This document shows, in pieces, positions 15,070-20,000 of a stretch of 20,000 nt of DNA (its first letter is position 1; the number at the start of each line of letters is the position of its first letter). The notes below the pieces were generated by a model. It was not told the origin of the DNA and did no database searches. It worked only from the letters and a program-made list of their open reading frames with translations. The position numbers were made by a program, and so were the translations under genes. Source of the DNA: an uncultured virus (IMG/VR IMGVR_UViG_3300028745_000006) (lineage: Duplodnaviria > Heunggongvirae > Uroviricota > Caudoviricetes); IMG/VR virus record IMGVR_UViG_3300028745_000006. The stretch is one strand, 5' to 3'.

Positions 15070-15968
15070 GTTCGCCTCAGATCAGCCAGAATCGCGTCGG
15101 CGTCGCCTGGCCCCTTGGCGCGATCCTCCGCCTGACGAAAGCTCGCGAGCTCTTCATCGATCGCGCAAAGCGCAGGCAGGAGCTCAGCGGGGTCTCCGCG
15201 GCTGGTGAGAGGGCGCCAGTGAGTAGACGAAGAGGTCCAGGACGCGAGCGAGAATACGTCACCGAAGAGGTTTGCGAGCGCCACGGTCTCATCGACGATG
15301 CAGAGCAGCTCCGTCGTCGGCATACCGCCGTCCGGCCGGCTCAGCCAGAGGCTGGCGACAAGCGCCCCCTTCCGCATCACGATGGGATGCGCCACAGAGC
15401 ATGCGCGCACCTCCTCCACCGTCGGGTACCGCTCGATCCAGCCGGTCGACGCCGGCGCCGCCGCATCGACTCCGCGGGGCGAGAGCAGGATTCTCCGAAG
15501 ATCCGGCGGGAGCATGTCGAGCGCTTCCTGAGAAGCGAGCCGCAGAACTTCGGCACGCACGCCGTCCACGGAATCGGCCTCGGCAAGACCGACCTGGAGA
15601 AGCATGAGCAAGCTCGGGAACTTGACCAAGGCGACCGACAGCCTCTCCTTCAGATCGTGCGCAGCCAGCGCCCTGAGCGCCTGCGCGTATCCGAGATCGG
15701 GCGATCCGTACCGATGCTCGTCACACCCGAAGTCCTCGTGCGCGTCGTCATCCAGCACCGTCGCGATGTCGCCGCAGTCTTTTCCGACGCTGCACTTCGG
15801 AAGGGCTTCCACCACCGCGAGGAGAGCTTTGACGTCGCGCGCGAGAGCACGGAGCCTGCCGCATCCAGGATGCTCCGCGGGATCAGCCTCCGCCAGCGCC
15901 GCCGTGGCCCTTGCGCGAATGGCTTCAAGCCGGTCGACAGCCGGAAAAGTTTGCTGTTCTTCGCTCAT
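15066..15968 (-). CDS. Hypothetical protein with C-x4-C...CxxH motif
   Basis: 300 aa from ATG at 15968, promoter directly upstream. Confidence 0.75.
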   Translation of the reverse strand: MSEEQQTFPAVDRLEAIRARATAALAEADPAEHPGCGRLRALARDVKALLAVVEALPKCSVGKDCGDIATVLDDDAHEDFGCDEHRYGSPDLGYAQALRALAAHDLKERLSVALVKFPSLLMLLQVGLAEADSVDGVRAEVLRLASQEALDMLPPDLRRILLSPRGVDAAAPASTGWIERYPTVEEVRACSVAHPIVMRKGALVASLWLSRPDGGMPTTELLCIVDETVALANLFGDVFSLASWTSSSTHWRPLTSRGDPAELLPALCAIDEELASFRQAEDRAKGPGDADAILADLRRT

Positions 15969-15977
15969 GATAGCCAC

Positions 15978-16006
15978 AGCCTACGGCCGACCGAGGCGAA
16001 CGTCAA
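15978..16006 (-). promoter_or_regulatory. Sigma70-like promoter, leaderless or near-leaderless
   Basis: TTGACG-N17-TAGGCT-N9-ATG(15968), no SD. Confidence 0.7.
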
Positions 16007-16045
16007 GCGCGAAGCGTCGCGCGAAAGAAGCGAAACGGACTGGCG

Positions 16046-16930
16046 TTATGGGCGGGCTCGCCTCGCAAGTCCGGCAAGGTGCATCTTCGCGTAAGCGTCA
16101 AGAATCGCGATGCGCCTGGCATCGACAAGCAAACCGCAAAGATTCGCGACGCCCATCCAGAAGTCCCATGACACTGCATCCCGAGGGCGAGGATTCGGAG
16201 TCTGGCCCTTGTAAGACTTCTCCCGCCCGGCAAGAACGCTATCGATCATCGACGGAATACTCCTCGGATGCACGCCGCCCTTTGGCCCGCACATGCGAAT
16301 TAGCCGCATAGCCTCCGAATCGTCTAGCGGACGAGCCGCGCAGAGCGCCGCAAGCTCGGCTTCGAAGCTCGCCACCAGGAGCACGGCAGATGGGTCTGGT
16401 GGCAGAGTCGGTAGCGGCGGAGGAAAAATATCGCCGTACCATGATGGGCGAGCGTGATCGCCATCACACGCGATAACACGCCGCCGATTGCTGCACTTTT
16501 TGCAGTCAGAAGGCCAGCAATCGCATTCTTTCGAAACCGCCTCGACATCGAGGAACAGGCCACAGCGACGGCAAACCGAATCAACAGTAACCTCGGCGAC
16601 ATTCTCGAAACGCCGCCCAGGAATCGGGAACGGATCGAAGACGGTCCCATCGGTGCTTCGTGCGACGCCCGAGAGCGCGTAGAGGATTGCCGGAACAGGG
16701 GAGGAAGACACCGTGCCGAACCTTCCCGTCTTGCGCGATCCGCTTTCGTGGTGTCGTCGGACGCACCGGAACGCTGTGAAGCCACCATCGAGCAGCTCGA
16801 AAACACATACAGCGCCGGCGTCACCTTCGGCGGCCGAGTCACCTCCGCCCGCGCATGGGCCTTCGGGCGTCGCAATGGTCCAGTGCGCCGCGAGCGCTTC
16901 GAGGGTGGCGATGTCCAGCGCGACGTTCAC
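16046..16930 (-). CDS. Hypothetical protein with a Cys-rich middle region (CRRC...CDC...CKKC)
   Basis: GTG at 16930 in GTGA overlap with the upstream stop; 294 aa. Confidence 0.65.
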   Translation of the reverse strand: MNVALDIATLEALAAHWTIATPEGPCAGGGDSAAEGDAGAVCVFELLDGGFTAFRCVRRHHESGSRKTGRFGTVSSSPVPAILYALSGVARSTDGTVFDPFPIPGRRFENVAEVTVDSVCRRCGLFLDVEAVSKECDCWPSDCKKCSNRRRVIACDGDHARPSWYGDIFPPPLPTLPPDPSAVLLVASFEAELAALCAARPLDDSEAMRLIRMCGPKGGVHPRSIPSMIDSVLAGREKSYKGQTPNPRPRDAVSWDFWMGVANLCGLLVDARRIAILDAYAKMHLAGLARRARP

Positions 16931-17253
16931 AGGCTCACCACAAACAGGAGCCGCGCGTGCCGCAGCCTCCGAAGGGCCGGCGCGATCCCGTCGACGAAAT
17001 ACCGCTCGGGCGCCAGAGACGCCTCGGTGATCGCGAAAACGAAGACGGGAAGACTCGGCGCCCGTCCCTTCGCGGCAAAGTCTGTCGCCAGCGCGTCCAT
17101 AAAGTCGCTGAAGACGATCGGGAAGTCGGCGACTTGACGGGCCGACTCCTCGAGCTCCAGCGCCCATGCCTCGGGATCCAGGCGCCCCTTTCGATCTTGG
17201 ATATTCCCCGTGTGCGCGGCGAGACCTCCCAAGAGGCGGCGCCACGTCGTCAT
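16927..17253 (-). CDS. Hypothetical protein
   Basis: 108 aa, ATGA overlap. Confidence 0.65.
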   Translation of the reverse strand: MTTWRRLLGGLAAHTGNIQDRKGRLDPEAWALELEESARQVADFPIVFSDFMDALATDFAAKGRAPSLPVFVFAITEASLAPERYFVDGIAPALRRLRHARLLFVVSL

Positions 17254-17858
17254 CGCGCCCGATCCACTCGTCGCTGCCCACGGCGCGCGCGGCTCTTTCC
17301 AAGCTCAGCCTCCACCGCGGAGAGGCGGACGTCGATGGCCGCCACGCGGGCGTTGGCAGCGGCGATCTCCGCGCCCATCGCACGAAGCGCTGGCAACGTC
17401 AGGTGGAGTGCACTGAACCCGGCGTGGTCGCCGGAACCGTACATCGGGAGCGCCCCCTGAGACGCCAGATACGCCCGCATGTCGAAGTAGAGCGACGGCG
17501 ACAGCGCGTAAGTGTACAGGCCGGCACCGCGTGCGATCGTGTCGAAGCCGATGATTGCGTTGCGCATTCGCGGCTCCTCATTGGCCCACGCCTCCCGCGT
17601 CAGCGCGACGAATGGCATCAGAACAAAGCCAAGCCGGTCAGCCACTCCGCGAATGTCTGCCATGCGCGCCACGGGCAGGCGCACCGGAACGCAAGCACGC
17701 TGGGAACCAACGAATCGGCGGCGCAGCACTTCAACCGAGTCGGGCGAGTCGGGCGCCACATCGACCATGGCCAGGAGGCGATCGACAGGATCGTCTCCCA
17801 GGAGCTGAGCCTGATCCCGTTCGAGCTTTTCTGCGTTGATCAATTCGGAAAGTCTCAT
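17250..17858 (-). CDS. Hypothetical protein
   Basis: 202 aa, AAGGA RBS right after the exonuclease stop. Confidence 0.7.
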   Translation of the reverse strand: MRLSELINAEKLERDQAQLLGDDPVDRLLAMVDVAPDSPDSVEVLRRRFVGSQRACVPVRLPVARMADIRGVADRLGFVLMPFVALTREAWANEEPRMRNAIIGFDTIARGAGLYTYALSPSLYFDMRAYLASQGALPMYGSGDHAGFSALHLTLPALRAMGAEIAAANARVAAIDVRLSAVEAELGKSRARRGQRRVDRAR

Positions 17859-17869
17859 CGCTTATTCCT

Positions 17870-18673
17870 TTACTTCTGCCACGCCTTGCGCGCTTCCGCC
17901 TGCTGGCGAATCAACCTCCGCTGCTCCTGGACGAGCCCGCCGTAGGACGACGGCACGCGCGCGTCACCGGCGAAGGCATAGAGGATCCGGAGCGCCGTCT
18001 CGGCGTCGTCGGTCGCGCGGTGGGCGCGACCTGCCTCGATGTCCATGCGTGCGGCGACGTCGCCCAGCGACCGGCTGCTCTCCCCCTTCTGGAGCTCGCG
18101 GGCGAACGCGAGCGGGTCAAGCCAGTCGACGTCGCGCCGCATGACCGGCGGATCGCGCAGGGGCTCCTCATCCCCGGCACCCTCGCCTGGGCCTGGCCTG
18201 GTGGTAGGCGCCGAGGAGCGAAGCTGCCTGACGCTCACGGTTCGCTCGAGCTCGGCCAGAATGAAGCCTCGGTCGAAGTGGGCGTTGTAGGCGGCCGGGA
18301 TGGCGTCGCCCAGGAAGGCGAGGAGCTCCTCCGCGAGCTCGGCGAAGGATGGCGCGTCGGCGACATCGGCGTCGCGGATGCCGTGGACCCGGGTCACCTC
18401 GTCGGGGATGGGTCGCCCAGGGTTCACCAGGCGCCCCCACCGGCCCACCACCTCGCCGCGAAGCCCCAGGACGGCGCCGACCTCAACGATGCGGTCCGTC
18501 GTCGCGTCGGTCCCTGTCGTCTCCACGTCGAGCAGCACAAGCGGCATTTCTGCCCAAGGCCCCTTTGCGTCGTACTCGCCGGCGACCCCGGCGACGAGCC
18601 CGCCCATCAAGTGCGCGATCCCCGGATAGTGCCGCCCTGCCGGAAAGCAGCCGCACGGCTCCGCGATCTTCAC
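17870..18673 (-). CDS. DEDDh 3'-5' exonuclease (DNA polymerase III epsilon / DnaQ-like)
   Basis: ExoI LLDVETTG, ExoII AYNAHFDRGF, ExoIII AHRATDDA, and IPDEVTRVHGI. Confidence 0.92.
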   Translation of the reverse strand: MKIAEPCGCFPAGRHYPGIAHLMGGLVAGVAGEYDAKGPWAEMPLVLLDVETTGTDATTDRIVEVGAVLGLRGEVVGRWGRLVNPGRPIPDEVTRVHGIRDADVADAPSFAELAEELLAFLGDAIPAAYNAHFDRGFILAELERTVSVRQLRSSAPTTRPGPGEGAGDEEPLRDPPVMRRDVDWLDPLAFARELQKGESSRSLGDVAARMDIEAGRAHRATDDAETALRILYAFAGDARVPSSYGGLVQEQRRLIRQQAEARKAWQK

Positions 18674-19053
18674 GTGCCGCTCGGGGGCTGCGCGCCCCCG
18701 ACCCCCGCGCCAGGGCCTGAGCCCTGGACCCAGGGCTCAGTGCGTTCGCTCAAGATAGGGCCGTCGCCTTCCAGCCAACCACCCAGCGCGTCCAGCAGAG
18801 CTCTTGCCCTGGAGAGCGCCTCCGGCATGGAGATATCGCAGTCAAGAACACGGGTCAATGCTCGGCGAACATCGTCGCAGTCGACCACGGCAGAAGAACC
18901 GAACCGCATGATGCACGCGTCTCCAGGGCCAGCGTTGCACCCACCATCCTCCGGCATGCAGCGGACGGCGAGCGGATTGGCTCCCAGGACGATCTCCGTG
19001 GCCCGCATGACGCGGCACGCATGCGATACGCGGACTTTATCTTGCTCGTCCAT
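18670..19053 (-). CDS. Cys-rich hypothetical protein whose C-terminus is encoded by the repeat element
   Basis: 127 aa, GAGG RBS. The last ~25 aa (ERTEPWVQGSGPGAGVGGAQPPSGT) overlap repeat copy 3. Confidence 0.6.
   Translation of the reverse strand: MDEQDKVRVSHACRVMRATEIVLGANPLAVRCMPEDGGCNAGPGDACIMRFGSSAVVDCDDVRRALTRVLDCDISMPEALSRARALLDALGGWLEGDGPILSERTEPWVQGSGPGAGVGGAQPPSGT
18681..18749 (-). repeat. REP-like double-hairpin element, copy 3 (inverted, intragenic)
   Basis: Reverse complement: GCGAACGCACTGAGC-cctgggt-CCAGGGC-tcag-GCCCTGG-cgcggggg-TCGGGGGC-gcgca-GCCCCCGA. Confidence 0.8.
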
Positions 19054-19055
19054 GG

Positions 19056-19259
19056 TTAGCCTCTCGAGCGGCGCCGCTCTACCCTGGCGAGAAGCTCTTT
19101 GCGCTTGGCGATGCGCGCGAGATACTCGCCGTAGGCGGCAGACGTGTCAATTCCTCCTCGGAGCGGATCGTCCGGATCGCTCCACGAGATCGTGCCAGCG
19201 TGCGAGTTTGGCTTCCAGCCCGCCGCGCGAAGGGCCCGACCCTTCTCGCGCGGGCTCAT
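19056..19259 (-). CDS. Hypothetical protein (67 aa)
   Basis: ATG at 19259 in ATGA overlap. Confidence 0.6.
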   Translation of the reverse strand: MSPREKGRALRAAGWKPNSHAGTISWSDPDDPLRGGIDTSAAYGEYLARIAKRKELLARVERRRSRG

Positions 19260-19579
19260 ACGTCGCCATCCTGCACAGACAAGATCTCCGCGTTCGTGAG
19301 CGGCATGTCCTCGCGCGGATCTGGATCGTGCGAGTTCCACCAGGCGCCCATGACGTCGCACGGAAAGACGTGATGGTAAACGTCGAGTCGGTCCTCGTCG
19401 CCCTCCGGCAACGCGCGTCTCCGCTCAAGCTCACGGTCTGCCTTGTCTCTCTTCGTAAAGATGACGACAGGCTCACTGTCTCCCTCGACGTCCCAGATCC
19501 CATAGCACTTTCCGCCGAACGGCTCGCGGTTCGCGAAAAAAGAGAATTCGTTATCTTCTTTTGACGTGTCCATGGTCAT
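19256..19579 (-). CDS. Acidic hypothetical protein
   Basis: 107 aa, GAGG upstream. Confidence 0.7.
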   Translation of the reverse strand: MTMDTSKEDNEFSFFANREPFGGKCYGIWDVEGDSEPVVIFTKRDKADRELERRRALPEGDEDRLDVYHHVFPCDVMGAWWNSHDPDPREDMPLTNAEILSVQDGDV

Positions 19580-19615
19580 CCAACCTCGCCGGAAGCTCCA
19601 GCCGTGAACTACAAG

Positions 19616-20000
19616 CTATCCAAGAATCCAGGCGTAGACCTCCACGCTGACGCCGTCGACGTCAACGCGAAGCCCGGTGGAGCGCCAGCGCGGAGTGGGC
19701 GCCTCCTTTCGCCCAAACCAGGTCCAAGACCCCTCAGGCCAGAAAACGCCAGGGATCCTCTGGCGCGGAACGATCTCACGGATGCGAGCCTGGTAGGAGG
19801 GCCACGACTCGTCATGGCGCGGAGCGCGTGAGTCAAAGGTCATGTAGACTCGGACCAGCCTCTCGAGCTCGATGTGGAGGCTTAGCGGCAGCGAGCTGAC
19901 ACCAGCGAAATCGAATGCGTAGTAAGAGTAGCCGTGATCGAATCCACGAAAGATGGACGATGAATCGTAGTAGCCGTGGTCGAATCCACGAAAGATGGAC
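19616..20000 (-). CDS. Hypothetical protein, C-terminal part (frame open to the window end)
   Basis: The frame of ORF 19616-19843 stays open to 19999: SIFRGFDHGYYDSS-SIFRGFDHGY-SYYAFDF...VYMTFD... Confidence 0.6.
   Translation of the reverse strand, partial: SIFRGFDHGYYDSSSIFRGFDHGYSYYAFDFAGVSSLPLSLHIELERLVRVYMTFDSRAPRHDESWPSYQARIREIVPRQRIPGVFWPEGSWTWFGRKEAPTPRWRSTGLRVDVDGVSVEVYAWILG
19927..20000. repeat. In-frame tandem duplication, period 42 nt (14 aa), truncated by the window end
   Basis: AGTAGCCGTG(A/G)TCGAATCCACGAAAGATGGAC at 19927-19958 and 19969-20000. Confidence 0.85.

Larger units (their letters stand above)
1..20000 (-). mobile_element. Phage/prophage-like early/accessory gene region (boundaries lie outside the window)
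   Basis: About 35 short co-oriented genes with stop/start overlaps, mostly hypothetical and Cys/His-rich, interspersed with DNA-metabolism genes (intein-bearing helicase, ndk, exonuclease). No hallmark capsid, terminase or integrase gene in the window. Confidence 0.7.

Noticed and set aside
16093..16102. Additional TTGACGCTT promoter motif
   Set aside because: It lies inside CDS 16046-16930 (ILDAY) with no -10 box at suitable spacing.
16931..17383. N-terminal extension of the 445-aa ORF 16046-17383
   Set aside because: It overlaps two better-supported genes. The GTGA-coupled start at 16930 is more plausible.
18020..19564. Long plus-strand ORFs (514 aa here; also 9640-10671, 10675-11817, 13609-14658, 14949-16094)
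   Set aside because: Antisense shadows of minus-strand genes in high-GC DNA; Arg/Ser/Pro-rich with no motifs.
19580..19618. TAG read-through or genetic-code reassignment (the TAG at 19616 is in frame with the next gene)
   Set aside because: A one-in-three coincidence. Other genes end naturally at TAG (e.g. ...LFSENLW at 203), long genes have no internal TAG, and the next gene has its own RBS.
19927..20000. CRISPR array start
   Set aside because: The period of 42 leaves at most a 10-nt spacer, and the repeat is in frame with a synonymous change.
1..20000. tRNA/rRNA genes, IS transposases, reverse transcriptase or DGR
   Set aside because: No recognisable cloverleaf, terminal inverted repeats, DDE/HUH or RT motifs, or adenine-variant repeat pair seen by eye. 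A tRNAscan/Infernal run would be needed to exclude small RNAs.

Overview
High-GC, gene-dense, phage-like (phage, prophage or plasmid-phage) accessory and DNA-metabolism region. About 35 mostly short genes run almost entirely on the minus strand, many coupled by ATGA/GTGA overlaps. I recognised no structural, integrase, tRNA or CRISPR genes. Recognisable products are a DinG/YoaA-family Fe-S helicase, a nucleoside diphosphate kinase, a DEDDh (DnaQ-like) 3'-5' exonuclease, a Fis-type HTH protein, a SEC-C motif protein, an Imm5-like helical protein, a partial lipoprotein and many Cys/His-rich hypothetical proteins. The helicase is interrupted by two different mini-inteins, one in Walker A and one in Walker B. 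The NDK has a ~22-aa Kpn-loop insertion and Ser at the Kpn proline. Two adjacent hypothetical genes share a CxxC-ALHGY(K/Q)RP-GxC domain. Non-coding structure includes a ~70-nt double-hairpin REP-like element in three copies with compensatory changes (one inside a coding region), several sigma70-like promoters that look leaderless and share a motif around the -35 box, two short duplications, and four small genes with apparent frameshifts. A myxobacterial (Polyangiaceae-like) host is an inference only. All calls were made by eye, without database searches.
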